64,000 bases of DNA from Glaucostegus cemiculus (taxonomy: Eukaryota). Below, piece by piece: positions 33,950 through 47,962 of the stretch (position 1 is the first letter of the stretch; every line of letters starts with the position of its first letter). The stretch lies in the NCBI GenBank assembly GCA_976551045.1, contig CDPCPM010000029.1:33666001-33730000 (forward strand). Direction: 5' to 3'. A program made the translations under genes and the position numbers. The notes below the pieces were generated by a model. That model searched no databases, had not been told where the DNA came from, and saw nothing but the letters and a program-made list of their open reading frames with translations.

Positions 33950-34360
33950 TGGGAGGGTTATGGGGCTGTTTTCGTTGGACCACTGAAAGGAGACAATTGA
34001 AGCGCAAATAAACATTGAGGGATCAATATAGCGTAAGTAGGAAGGCCCTATTCTCCTTTGTAAAAGGATCCAGAGTCAGGGAACATGATTAAAACAAGTG
34101 CTAGAAAGATTAGAGGAGAGGTGAGAATATATATTTTACCAAGAGGGGGAGAGGAGTCTGGAATTCACGCCCGAAGAAGTGGTAGAGGTAGAAACCACCA
34201 CCACATTTAAGAAATGCCTGGATGTGTTCTTGAAGAGCAGTGACCTGCAGGGCTACGGATCAATTGCTGGAAAGTGGGATTAGACTGAGCAGCACCTTAC
34301 TGATGAGGACGGACTCAACGGGCTGTACAGCCTCATTCTATGTCATAGTAACATTCCTGC
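33950..34360 (+). mobile_element. Old, degenerate CR1 3' remnant inside the TE-poor domain
   Basis: GGGGCTGTTTTC...TGGAATTCAC.CCCGAAGAAGTGGTAGAGGTAGAAACC...CATTTAAGAAATGCCTGGAT...GGGCTG. Confidence 0.7.
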
Positions 34361-37300
34361 GATTCTATTCTACGAATATACTCAGAACAACATCGTCGTT
34401 ATCCTAATCATATAATTAAGTGGCAGGATTTCAAAGACAAGAGACGGTTCACGTTGTAGGACGCGACAACCATGCTTGGTTTCCTGGGGGAACCAAACCT
34501 TCATGTGCCTTTATTGTGCTCGTGTCCCAATTTGTTCTGGCGTTTGCAGATGACACCCAAAAACTTTGCAACCATTTGCTCAATTACTTAAGCACTTCAT
34601 CTAGGAATCACCATATTGCACAGATGACGGCAGTTTCTAACACCGGAGCTATAAATATGATATTTTAAATATTTTAGCGTGTTATTACGTCATGTCGTGT
34701 AAACATCCTGTTCGAAGTTAGTTTTTCAAATCATCTTTAGGTTTATTGAAATAAATGGCTTACGTTTGGTTACTTTTAAGTCTCCACAGAGATGTTGAGT
34801 GTAATGATTTTCTTCTGTAAAGGTATCTAAATTAGACATAAATTGGCAGATAAAAATCGCAGTATTTGTCGGTTTATTCCAAAATCCGGTATCTTGCTAG
34901 GAGCATGTATCACATGTGTGTGGGTTGTCAATTTCAATCCATTATTTCATTCACTTATTTGTTTACCGAACATTTCTGAAACACTTGCAGCTGTAGATAT
35001 CGTTCGTGTGAGGCATAGCCAAACATATCTACGCGCTGTGCATATTTTTTATTAAAGTAAGAGCATGGTGGAAAAGGCACATTGAATATTTCCCCTCTTC
35101 CATCTTGTAAATCTGGCTAACCACTTCCCCCTTTGTGATTGGTGACATTTTGCATTTCAAACAAAAAGGAATTGCGCACTGCACTTCCTTGGAGCAAGTT
35201 CACTTCACACTGCACATTAGGTTATCTTGTGTGCAGGTTTGGGAGTGGAGTAATTAGATCCAATCTTCTTGCTATACAATTAAGTCAGCGCAGGGTGCTT
35301 CAGACAGATGATAATATATTCCTTGCAATTTAATATCCAGGCATGATGTTTAGTGAAATGCAGTTGTTTCGCCTCAACTAACTATGCTTTCGTACAGTGG
35401 AGTTTAAAAGAGAAAAATGTATAATCAGTATCCATCAACGCCCATGTCGATCTATATACGTGGTTATGTGTTCCAGCTCACTCGCCAGGGATAATAATTG
35501 CACTAACTTCGATCTGCCTAAATATCAATGGGTATGTTTAGCTGGGGTCGGAGTTGAAGGTGTAAATGTGGAATTAAAGTGTGGCGGACTCATCTACCGT
35601 ATTTGAGGCATCCCGTGAGGATCGAGGCTATCAAAATCAACCCAGAGAGCATTCTTAAGGGTAGATTTTTCTCTCAATTGTATTTCATAGATTAAAATAA
35701 ACGTCCACTTCACGGATTATAAAACGAATATTCATATTTTAAGCTATTTTAGGGGTGGGGTATGGGCTGCTGGTGTCCGGTGTGGGGAGTGCGGACCAGT
35801 TCCTTTCCCAATCCCTGGAAGCCACAGGAAACGACGCGTGAAAAGCAAACTAAGTGATCAGTAACCTTTCACCACATGACATCAGAGGGTCAAGTCGGCT
35901 TTGTTTTTGCTCTACGTAGAAGTTTTAACCGTTACTCCTCCAACACTGAAGCCTTGTCAGTGTGTTTATGCACTTAGCAATGCCCGCCTCGATCCAGCAA
36001 TGTTGCAAAGAAATTGCAACGTGCTGTCCCATGATTCTGTCAACTTACTAAAACGCTAATTAAAAGTGTTATGCCTGCAATTTAAAGCGTTACATTTTGT
36101 TTGCAATAGTTTCCAATATCACCGTGGGGCAAGACACCGTTTACCATAATAATCTAACATTTCTTGATGTTAACTTAGACGTTAAACTTAGAATTTATTG
36201 TAAAAAGAAACATAAACCACGTTTCCACCATTTTTTTGAATATATTAAACCTTATTAAAACGCAGTTGAAACTGCCAGTCTATATGGGGATGGAGTACGA
36301 CCAGCCTGCAATTTGTTAGAGTAAGTACATAACAGACACTGCAGCACAAGAGCCCCTGTGAGAGAACTTGAAACATATTCAACCTTTAGTTCTGCCTTAA
36401 GTACACAATTAGACATAATGGCTCGGCGAGTGATATTAACTGTATTCTAAAAAAAAGTGAATTTATTTTAAAAATAGCCGAGTGGGAATAAGACATGTCT
36501 CTGTCACTGCACACGACGGCACAGTTGACGGTTCTTTAACGTCGCTATTACAGTTTTGAGATTAAATGTATCTTGTTCAAACAAGCGTGTTTTTTAATGC
36601 ACTGCACCAAAGCCCACAGGAGCTGGCCTTACTTAAAGCAATCTATAAAAGCAGCACTGAAAAACATTTAAAATATGCTTTTACGAAGATTGCATACGTA
36701 ATCATTTAATTCCAGGCTGGTTTCTATTATATTCCAACCGTATACTCCAGGCCCGTTCGAAGCTCATACCACAATAAATCTTTTTAATTTTTGCTGCATT
36801 TGGAAGCCTGATGAATGAGGGAAGTTAACGTAAACTAAATTACAGTGGCAATACAGAGGAATTGTGCTGAGGTATGAATTCTACTCCGGAGGAAAATGCA
36901 CCAGAGAAATCAATCATCAAATTTATTGGATTCCCTGGAGGTTTCTTTATTCTCCAGAGGTGGGCGATCTTTAATCTCACGGACCTTGACTGCTGAATGT
37001 GTAGAACAAATGTACCATATTAGCACTAAATCTATTGAGAGGGCTCTACGCCGCCAACTGAAAGACAGCAGCCTGGAGCCTCAGTTTCAAGTCAACAGAA
37101 TGCGATTCATTAGCGCAACAACCTGCTTAAAGAGACAGTGCATACCTCCCTTCAGATGGCTGACCCGGCTACTTTACACATCCAACTCCCGCTCTCTTTC
37201 TTTTATCCTGAATACACACATATATAAAAAAAGAACGTAGGGCGTACAGAGCAGTATTTCCCAAGTTTCGCGTATATTTCTCCCAGCAAATTTATAACGG

Positions 37301-40300
37301 AGCAAGCCCTCATATGCACTGCGTGTAAAGTTAATATTATGAATTCACTTTTTTTAATAAAGTGAAATTACCTAGTAATTAAATTTGGTCTGATAAACTA
37401 TAATGTATAACATTTACATTTTTTGTCTAGTATGAATCAATAATGAATATTGGTCAGTTACAACAAAGTGAGAAATGGTGATTTATCAAATTGTCATGTT
37501 TGTATCATGACATTTACCAGACTAAGGAAAATAAAATACATCGAAACACCGGACATTAAACTTTAGAGTGTCTTTAATATAAATTAGATTGGTTCTTTTA
37601 TCGAACGTTAATGCTATAAATATTTGTTAATATTGCAATTGTCTAAATATACTGGCAGCTTTTTCTTGTGTGTGTCATGCAATGTTAACGTTATTTGGGA
37701 TTTCATTGCATTTCTCCTGGCTGTATACGGAATCAAATAAATAAACTGGATATGTTTCTTATTTTCGTTATTTACGAATAAGAATTAGCCATTAGAAACA
37801 GAGCATACTGCAAAGTTATATTCCAGTTTACGTATTGTAATCAAGTTTTGTAGGGGGGAAATAGTGATTGCAGAAGTATGACCACTCAAATAGTTGAGTT
37901 GCGAATAAACACGTACACCACAGGAAAATATCTGGTTAAATGAATTGGTAGGAGGTATACGACCAAGCAGTATTGATTCATGACTGTTAGTATAGACACC
38001 AGCACTTCAGTTTAGGAATGCATCTGAAATCACAATAGGCATTTAACAAGCGAACTAATGTTCTTTACAAAGTGGGGAAAGTCAAGCTGAAGTACAGCAT
38101 GTTTTGTCTAGGTTTTACAAGCCATCCGACTTTGAGTACTGCCTGTGTGGGCAAGGGCGACCACGTGACGCTCAACCATAGAATATGAAGGGTTTATTTG
38201 AAGAAGACTAAATGTTACTATAGAAACCTAACACTATTATTGAACACAGTGCTACACGGATAGAACACTAATTATAGTTTATGTATCCGGTTGCAAAATG
38301 ATCGTACCGTCAATTACTCAGATATTGAAAATTAACAAATTATACGGTGCATCAACTTATTTTGACGGAACCGCTAAAATATCATTCTGTAAATGTAACT
38401 TGAAAGGGGGCGCTGTCCTTCAATATATACAATTCTGCAACTGTCAGGTCGAAATTCCGTGTGGTGCGACACCCTCCTAATTCCGGATTTTGAATGTATT
38501 ATTTCCGATATTAAATGGGAATGATGCTTCAAAGTCAATCATCTTGGATGGAGTAAAAGTAGTATATCTAACAATGAGCTAACTATATGATCAGCTTTAT
38601 TCAACGCAGAAGGACTTATCTCGGTTTTCTTTTATTCTAGGTCCATTCTACTTATATCATAATGCATTCTTTTTTTGATAACTGTCATTCTAAGATGTAT
38701 AGTCAAAGTGTCAGAATAAGCCGGGTGCGATTGGAGAACAGGGACTTAATATTTCTAATAGCAGATGTTAAAATCAGTGGTTTCCAAATATGTGGACAGT
38801 TTGTGTTTGTATGCAATGTTTCGTATTTAAAAAGTACAATGCCATATATTTAGCTGAAAGGAAAGTAAACTTTTTAAACGACCTCCTACAAAATGGCGTT
38901 CACAAAAAATGTATGTTAACATATAATTCTTTCATTCTTACTGTAAAGTCAGACAATCCATTTCAAACAAAGACTAGGGGCTAAGGGCGATTTCACGGCT
39001 ATCTTTTATTTTAACTATTGAATTGACGCCCTCCAATATGCGCATGTTAAACGACTTATTTAACACTGAAGGGGAAGTGGAACAGGCTGCACTTACGTGG
39101 GATTATAATAATTGGCAGGTAAGGGGCCTGGTCCAAATTTATGATCAGAGTTGTAAATGCGAGCTTTGTTAAATGCGTACACAGCAGAATAGATGTTGAA
39201 ATAAGCCATCCTTCAATGTTTTCTCTTAACATAGTTTAATATTCAAAAATTATATGAAGCCTCACAGAAAATGATAAATATTACCAGACAGTAGAAAATT
39301 CGACACCCAATTCAGACGTTCATGTGCAGTATAGGACCCTTAATAGGTCTTTGTTTCATCTTTTCCTCCTTTTTTGTATTTGTCACAAACTGAGTTGACC
39401 TGTAAATGAGAAACACGTCGATTTATATCTGCTAGGATCCCGTTGTTGGGGGGGGGGGGGGGGGTTAAATTTCTTACCATTAGTAAAGCTATTTCAATGC
39501 GTGGCCCCTGTTCCACTGTGTGGAACCGCGTGTAAATGTTATTACAGCAAATCACTAAACACTACACAGTTCGCCACACTTAGTAGTTCTAGGCAAGTTC
39601 CAAATTCTTTCTTGCTTTACACTTAATGATTTCCATTCAACGGCCTGCCTACTCAGGCAATCACTTCGGATCGAAGATGATTTGCTTCCACTCTAGCAGT
39701 GAGGAGTTCAAGATGCCTCTGCATGCATGCTATTAACACGGGATATGCATATGGCTTTCCCTAATTTGCTTCGTGTCAACACGGCCACGCACTACATTAA
39801 ATTAAGCAATGAACTTCAGCAATGGTAAACAAGTGGGGGACTTAGTTAAAAAGAATCACGGTCTCAGTGTTTGGACGTCTATGTCCAATTTAGAATGACC
39901 CATGTTTGACTTCATTAAATACCCTTTAATACACAACATGCAGAGAGAAGTCTACAGCGATCATTGGCATTGCTAGTCATCATTCAATAATTCAGGAAAC
40001 TCTGGAGCAGCCGTTTATGTAAATCGAAAACCTTGAAGTTGCAATTCTAAGTAGATAATGAAATGTTCTGCCTAGACTCCGGGCAGAAACGGATAATATT
40101 ATCGTCATACAAACAAAAAACACCTAAGCAAAATAACAGAGGGACTAAAGGGGAAGGGCTGTGGTTTAACTCAAACGTATAGAGATGGTGTAGAAGTCCA
40201 ATCATATTAATCCAACCATGTTAATCATATTGCTACTTTTCAGTTATTTAAGTTATTCTAAAATGATACTTTTTAATACCGAATCAACACCCCAGCGAAT

Positions 40301-41804
40301 GTCATTCTGTGTAAAATATCCTACAAAACACTCTTCATGACAGTAGTTTTAAATCCATTGGGCCTCGCTCTATGCCTCCTCTATTCAAATATATTGATAT
40401 TAAGCTTTTATTTTACACGAAGAAATCTGCTCCGAGTTGACCTGAAGAATTTATTGTATTAAATCGACAGAGTGTGCATTTTGAAAAGTGAAAACAACGG
40501 TATGAAAAATACACAAAGTTAAAACCCTAATCTAATGAAGTGAAACACAGTCAGTCCAATCTCACTTTATGCGTGTTATCTCGATACTAAGGGCGATATT
40601 GTATGGTAAATGTCCACTATCTTGTAACTTGACTCTCTGACGCAACCCTGCACCGTGAGCATTGGATTTTTAAAGAATCACAAGACGGCTGATTACATAA
40701 TAATGTATAACGTCAATAATGAATAAAACCACAAGATCTTATCTTGCACAACGAGCAAATAATGTAAATACGCACAAGTGAAATAAGAGGTAAGAAATAA
40801 GGGTCCCTGTCAGGGAAGTTTCCAGATGCGGATATTAATTCGCTTTATTGCCACTTTATTTTCTCTGTTTTAATCACTTTACAGAAAGTAAATGTTAAAA
40901 TTATTTAAATCGGTAGTTTTTAATCATTTATCAGAGATATGTAAAAGAGGGCGAGCTGCCGAGGGCTGGCAGGGGTTCTGGCACACGGCCTCAGCAGAGG
41001 TGACCTTGGCGATTCGCTGTTGACTGCTCGCTCAGCCTCTGGGGGCGCCTCTGGGGAGCAGAGAATCTGTAGTGCGGTCCTTCGTATGCTGAGTAAGTAA
41101 GAGGCAGCGCACTGGACCGTGGCAGGTTAACTTCCGTCCAACACCCCCAGCAATGTGCCCCCAGTTTTACTCAGTCAGCTCCTTGGAGCAGGTCGTGCCA
41201 TTCACATGCCTGTCATCAAACTCCCAAACGCACTGCCTCATAGACGGCCCAGGGGCCCGCCCGCTCAGTCACCTCCTGTCCCGTCTGTGGGGAAGTCTGC
41301 TGTCCCCACATTGGCCTCAGAACTCACAAAGCATGTTGGAAGCTCCCTCCAAAGTAACTGCCGAAGACGTTTCCCACGTCTGCAGTCAATGGCTGCCTTT
41401 ACTCCTCCTGAAGTTACTGTATATGATGCGGAACTTGGGGAACAATTCTCATGGACATCTTGCAATATAATGGCTGAGGAACAAATAACTTTGAGGATCC
41501 CATCCAACAATTTTGCTGGCCTTTAAAGCTTCTATTAAGCGGATGGGTTTCATAATTGCTCTGGAAAAAATCTGCAAAATTAGGGCTGCATTAATTTGCT
41601 TAAAAATTTCAACAACAAATAAAACTGTCACCTTTTGTGGGGAGTAACATGCATATATGTGAAATCAAGACGGGGACATTGTCGGGTAGATGCTCAGAGC
41701 AGAAATTGTTAGCAACTTCTACAGATTTGCTTATGGTCATTAGTGGTAACCATTATGATGGCCGAAATGTTTCCCCGTAATTGTAATACCTAAAGAGGGA
41801 ATCA

Positions 41805-42957
41805 AGTCAGTCAAAATTGGTGAAAACACCTCAAGCACCATCACACTGAGCACTGGCTCCCCACAGGGTTGCGTGCTCAGTCCGCTCCTGTTCACCTTGT
41901 TGACTCACAACTGTGAGGCCAGATCCAGCTCCAACCGCATTGTTAAATTTGCCGATGACACGACAGTGGTGGGTCTTGTCACGAATGACGATGAGTCGGA
42001 CTACAGAGAGGAGGTGAGACAACTAGCCATGTGGTGCTATGACAACAACCTCTCCTTGAATGTGGATAAAACCAAGGAGATGATTGTGGATTTTAGGAGG
42101 GGTCACCGTGTGCACGCCCCGCTGACCATCAACGGGTCTGCTGTGGAACAAGTACGCAGCACCAAGTTCCTGGGGGTGCACATCACCGACGACCTGACCT
42201 GGTCCACTAACATTACAGCCCTCATGAAGAAAGCTCAGAAACGCCTCTACTTCCTGCGGAGACTGAGGAAAGCGAACCCCCATCCCTCCGTCATGAAAAC
42301 CTTCTATAGGGGGACCATTGAGAGCATCCTAACCCAATGTATCACTGTTTGGTTTAGAAGCTGCTCAGCTGCTGGGTGGAAGTCCCTCCAGAAGATAGTT
42401 AGGGCTGCGGAGTGGATCATAGGTGTCTCGCTTCCATCCCTCGCAGACATATACAAAGACCGTTGTGTGAGGAAGACCAAAAGCATAATGGCCGACCCTT
42501 CTCACCCCTCCCACCACCTCTTTACAATTTTGCCATCAGGGAGGAGGCTTAAATGTATCAGGGCAAGAACGACCAGGCTGAACAATAGCTTCTTTCCGCA
42601 AGCCATCAGAACTGCAAACTCTCTCATCCCTCCATCTTCCTTTGTTAACACTAAGAGATGCTAGGTGCACAGAAATGCACCAGCACTTTAAATGCCCGAC
42701 ACCAGCCCATTCACTTTAATATTTATTTATTTATTTACCGGCCATTTTTAATTTAATCTGCGTATTAATTTAATTTTAACTTCCGTAGTTTTTAATGTTT
42801 AATGTTTTTTAATGTTTATTCTGTTAAGTGTGTCTGTGTGTCTCTGTTGGTTGTTATTTAATGGGATGAGCACCTGAGGAGGACGGTATCTCGCTCCTAT
42901 GCGTACTATGTATGTATATGGTTGTGACAATAAAACTGATTCTGATTCTGATTCTGA
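41805..42957 (+). mobile_element. Young 5'-truncated Rex1/Babar-like LINE (RT C-terminal half, open frame to 42664)
   Basis: STGSPQGCVLSPLLF, KFADDTTVVGL, KTKEMIVDFRR, KFLGVHI; AATAAA + (CTGATT)n tail. Confidence 0.93.
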
Positions 42958-43840
42958 AGTTGTTGCAAACAATTTTCCGATACTGTTACTGGCCAGAAGC
43001 CTTATTCCAGTGTACCAAGAGTCTTGTTCCAGAGTACAACAGGATGTTGAACTGGGGGAGGACACTGATGATATTCCAATGATTTTGCAAAGAGTGGTAT
43101 GTGACTCAGATACTAAGGGCTCAGGTGACAATGACACTGGGGTATAGCTGCTGAAGGTTAAACAGTTTCCCGTTAGGTCTGAAGATTAGCTCCATTCTGT
43201 GGAAGACTGTCAAAGGTGTCTCAATCTATGAGGGCAGGCAGAGTTAACCTGTAGGCTTCAGGCCAGCCAACACCTGTTCTGTCTGTTCCTACCTTCAGCA
43301 TAGACGTAGCAGTGCCAGAGGTAATCAACTTTTATGATACTGTACCATTTAGATGGAATGAGTCTATGAAGGGACAATTGACTGATGCAGTTTTGAGGAA
43401 AAAGCAACATCTTCCATGCCTTAACTAAACAGTAACAAGAAAGTAAAATAAGTTGCTTCTTTTTTGGCACAGAAACAGGCTCTCTCAGCTATATCATTTC
43501 AGCCTTTCAGAATATTTTTTTGTTACCTCTCCCTTCATTTGCTCATCCAGTTTTCTTTTGAAAACATTCAATCCATACAGTGCTTGTCATAGAAAGTCCC
43601 AAAGTTCTTTGAAGGTAATGGCATATTATTGCAATATAACAGCACACATCAAGTCCACAAAAGTGGTGAGTTTGGGTTGAGTGAGAAGTAAGAATATAAC
43701 AAATTTCATACCTAAACCCAAGCTACATGGCAGAATGCATTGCAGTCAACCAAATTTGCATGACAGAAGTATGAGGTTACATCAGTACTCATATGTTGGC
43801 CTGTCCTACAATACAAGCAAAGATCTTGAACAACAGACAG

Positions 43841-44830
43841 TAGAACATAGAACATAGAACACAAAAAAACTACAGCACAATTCAGGCCCTTCGGCCCACA
43901 AAGCTGTGCTGAACATGTCCCTACACTAGAAATTACTAGGCTTACCCATAGCCCTCTATTTTACTTAGCTCCATGTACTTATCTGACAGTCTCTTGAAAG
44001 ACCCTATTATATCCTCCTCCACCACTGTTTCCAGCAGCCCATTCCACACACTCACCACTCTCTGAGTAGAAGACGTACCCCTGACATCTCCTCTATATCT
44101 ACTCCCCAGCACCTTAAACCAATGTCCTCTTGTGGCCCACCATTTCAGCCCTGGGGAAAAGCCTCTGACTATCTACCCGATCAATACCTCTCATCATCTT
44201 ATATACCTCTATCAGGTCCCCCCTCATCCTCCTTCTCTCCAAGGGGAAAAGGCCGAGTTCCCGCAACCTGCTTTCATAAGGCATGCTCTGCATTTTCCAG
44301 GCAACATCCTCATAAACCTCCTCTGCACCCTCTCTATGGCTTCCACATCTTTCCTGTAGTGAGGTGGCCAGAACTGAGCACAATACTCCAAGTGGGGTCT
44401 AACCAGGACCCTATATAACTGAAGCAATACCTCTCGGCTCCTAAATTCAATCCCGCGACTGATGAAGGACAACACACCATATGCCTTCTTAACCACAGAG
44501 TCAACCTGCACAGCCGCCTTGAGTGTCCTATGGACTCAGAACCCAAGATCCCTCTGATCCTCCACACTGCCAAGAGTCCTACCATTAATACTATATTCCA
44601 CCAACATATTCGACCTGCCAAAATGAGCCACTTCACACTTATCTGGGTTGAACTGCATCTGCCACTTCTCAGCTCAACTCTGCATCCTATCTATGTCCCT
44701 CTGTAACCTCTGACAGCCCTCCAAACTATCCACAACACCCCCAACCTTCATGTCATCTGCAAACTTACCAATCCACACCTCCACTTCCTCATCCAGGTTG
44801 TTTATAAAAATCACAAAGAGTAAGGGTCCC
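43841..44830 (-). mobile_element. CR1 LINE 3' portion
   Basis: LVRPHLEYCAQFWPPHYRKDVEAIERVQRRF; (TATGTTC)n tail. Confidence 0.93.
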
Positions 44831-44987
44831 ATTACATGAGGATTGGACACATAGTGTTGAAATACAGCCAGTCACCACTTCCATTTGGAGATCATGGGTT
44901 TCTGGCTGCACACAAAGCTGTGCACATGCTTGGAGTTCACATCCCCTTGCTTATTGTTCTTTCATGCAAGCATTCAGGTAAATATGG

Positions 44988-45246
44988 CCTTAAACTTTAA
45001 ACTTTACTTACACAGCATGGTAACCGGCCCTTCCGGCCCAACGAGCCTGTGCTGCCCAATTACACCAATGTGAACCTACTAACCCCTATGTCTTTGGAAT
45101 GTTGGAGGAAACTGAAGCACCTGGAGGAAACCCATGTAGTCACGGGGAGAACGTATAAACTCCTTACAGACAATCAGTGGGAATTGAACCCAGATCGCTG
45201 GCGCTATACTAGCATCACGCTAACTGCTATGCTACTGTGCCACCCC
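44988..45246 (-). mobile_element. V-SINE with CR1-type tail
   Basis: tRNA head with GGTTCAATTCC B box, V domain, tail CTCGTTGGGCCGGAAGGGCCGGTTACCATGCTG. Confidence 0.88.
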
Positions 45247-45639
45247 AATAACTTAGCATCTCATTATGCATGACTGAAGGCTAGCAACATCAGGAGAGGA
45301 TGACTGAAGGGAACATGAATAGGTTAGGGGAAAAAAATAATAATTTGGAAGAACAAGATAAATTAAATGTGAAAAAAGAATTTTTTTTTCTGACCTATTT
45401 ATGTACTCTTCAGTCATTCCACTGCCACCACTATTTGCTCCTCAACCATGAAACATTTACAAAATTTACATTGTCATATAACCAACACCCATGACCTGAA
45501 TCCTCCAGGATGTGCTTAGCAATGTTGCTATGAGTGATGTCACATAGTCTGAGGTTATATCTTCTCTGGGAAGTTGACAGCATCGCCAGACTACCTTCTG
45601 ATAGGAGAGTAACTACTGGTTCACTTCTGACTCCATGAG

Positions 45640-45992
45640 ACTGCAAACTCTCTCATTCCTCCATCTTCCTTTGTTAACACTAAGAGATGCTAGGTGCACA
45701 GAAATGCACCAGCACTTTAAATGCCCGACACCAGCCCGTTCACTTTAATAACTATTTATTTATTTACCGGCCATTTTTAATTTAATCTGCGTACTAATTT
45801 AATTTTAACTTCCGTAGCTTTTAATATCTAATGTTTTGTAATGTTTATTCTGTCAAGTGTGTATGTGTGTCTCTGTTGGTTGTTATGTTATTTTATGGGA
45901 CGAGCACCTGAGAAGGACAGTATCTCGCTCCTATGCATACTATGTATGTATATGGTTGTGACAATAAAAACTGATTCTGATTCTGATTCTGA
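45640..45992 (+). mobile_element. 3'-UTR-only copy of the Rex1-like family at 41805 and 62125
   Basis: Near-identical to 42611-42957. Confidence 0.93.
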
Positions 45993-46348
45993 CATATTCA
46001 AATTTTGGAATTCCAGACACACACATACATCTTATGCTTGCATGAGCTCCTGAATTTTAGTAAGAAATTATTAATTATTGGACAAATCAATCGTTTGACG
46101 CTTCCAAAGGCAAAAATATCCAAGATCTGCCCTTCAAAGAAAGGCAGACTTCTACTCAAACCTATTCTCTGATGTTATGCACATCCTTGTCTTCAAGCAC
46201 TGCTATCAATAGGAGTTGTGATAAAAAGTGCATTTCATGACATACATTTCCAATCTGATGCACATAAGACTGAGGTGCCAAGCTGATGAAACTCCGACAC
46301 AGGACTATGAATCATAGAGTTGAAACAGGCCTTTCTGCCCGACTTGTC

Positions 46349-46760
46349 AAAATCAGAATCAGAATCAGAATCAGAATCAATTTTATTGTCACTTCCATAT
46401 ACACATTCAGCATGCATGGGAGCAAAACACTGTACTCCACAGATCCAGGTGCTGGTCACATTAAGAATAATAAGAGACACAAAGACAGAAAGACATTAAA
46501 GATATTGGAACCACATTTAAAAAAAAATCAAATAAAAGCAGCTTAAAATGAACGTGCTGATGCAGCAGTCATTGGACACTTAAAGTACTGGTGCATTTTT
46601 GTACGCATCCTTTGGTGTTGGAGGGAGGGATGGAGTGATGGGGAGCAGAATTTTGAGGGAGTTCATGGTTCTGATGGCTTGTGAGAAAAAGCTATTGCAC
46701 GGATTGGTGGGTCTTGCACGGATGCACTGGAGCCTCCTTCCGGATGGCAAGAGTGCAAAG
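46349..46760 (-). mobile_element. Rex1-like LINE 3' fragment (different subfamily)
   Basis: LFALLPSGRRLQCIRAR..NSFFSQAIRT; (GATTCT)n tail. Confidence 0.88.
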
Positions 46761-47962
46761 AGTCCATGCCGACTGAGTAGTCTATCCACATTAATCCTAT
46801 GTTCCTGCATTTAGCCCACATCCCTCTATTCCTTTCTTATCTATGTATCTGTCCAATTGTTTTTTGAACCCTATGATTGCACCTGCCTCTACTGGCTCCC
46901 CTGGCAGTTTATTCTGTGTACCATCTGTGTGAAAAAAATTGCCCCACAGATCATTAAGTATTTCCCCTCTCACATTAAGCTTATTTTCTTTAGCTTTAAA
47001 CTCCCCTACCCTTCGAAAAAGACTGTGACTTTCTATCCTATCTATACTCCTAATAATTTTATAAACCTCTATAAGGCCACCCATCAGCCTCCTTCGCTCC
47101 ACTGAGAACAATCCCAGCCTATGCAATCACTTCTTTAACTAAAACCTTCTATTCTAGGCAACATCCTGGTGAATCACTTCTGCACTCTTTCTATAGTCTG
47201 CTGACCAGAAATGCACACAATATTCCAAGTGTGACCTAACAAATGTTTTGTGCACCTGTAACATGATGTCCCCACTCCTATACCTTATACCCTTGCCGAT
47301 GAAGGCAATTAAGCTAAATGACATCTTCACTACCCTATCCACTCATGTTGTCATTTTCAGGGAACTATGAACTAGCACACCGAGGTCCCTCAGAACATCA
47401 ACTCTTTTAAGGTTACAGTACATGTGCTGCCAGTATTGGACGGCTCAAAATGCATTAACTCACATGTCTCAATTAAGTTCCATCTGCCGCTGCTCTGCCC
47501 AATTTTACAGCTGATTTATGTCCCTTTGTACCCTTACATCTTCACTATCTATGACTCTACCAATCTTTGTGTTATCAGCAAGCTTACTTATCAGACCACA
47601 GAGCCTCTCATCCAAGTCATTTATATATATATGATGGACCACAAAGGCCCCAGCACTGATCTCTGTGCTACCTCACAGGTTATAGACATCCAGTCAGAAA
47701 AATAGCCCTTCACCACTACTCTTTGCCTCCTATCACAAAGCCACTTTTGAATTCAGTTTGCCGAAACACCTTGGATCCCATGTGTCCGAACTTTTGGAGC
47801 AACCTACCATGTGGGACCTTGTCAAAAGCTTTGCTAAAGTCCATCTACTGCCTTGCCTTCATCAATTTTCTTAGCAACTTCCTCAAAAAAGCTAAATTTG
47901 TGAGATAGGATTTTGTCTGCAGAAAACCATGCTGACTGCCCCTAATCAGTCCCTGCTTTTCC

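Noticed and set aside
39448-39464. G17 homopolymer as a functional G4
   Set aside because: Simple homopolymer of uncertain assembled length, with no other support.
41873-42664. 263-aa RT ORF as a domesticated gene
   Set aside because: 5'-truncated, no true ATG start, near-identical dispersed copies and a retroposon tail.
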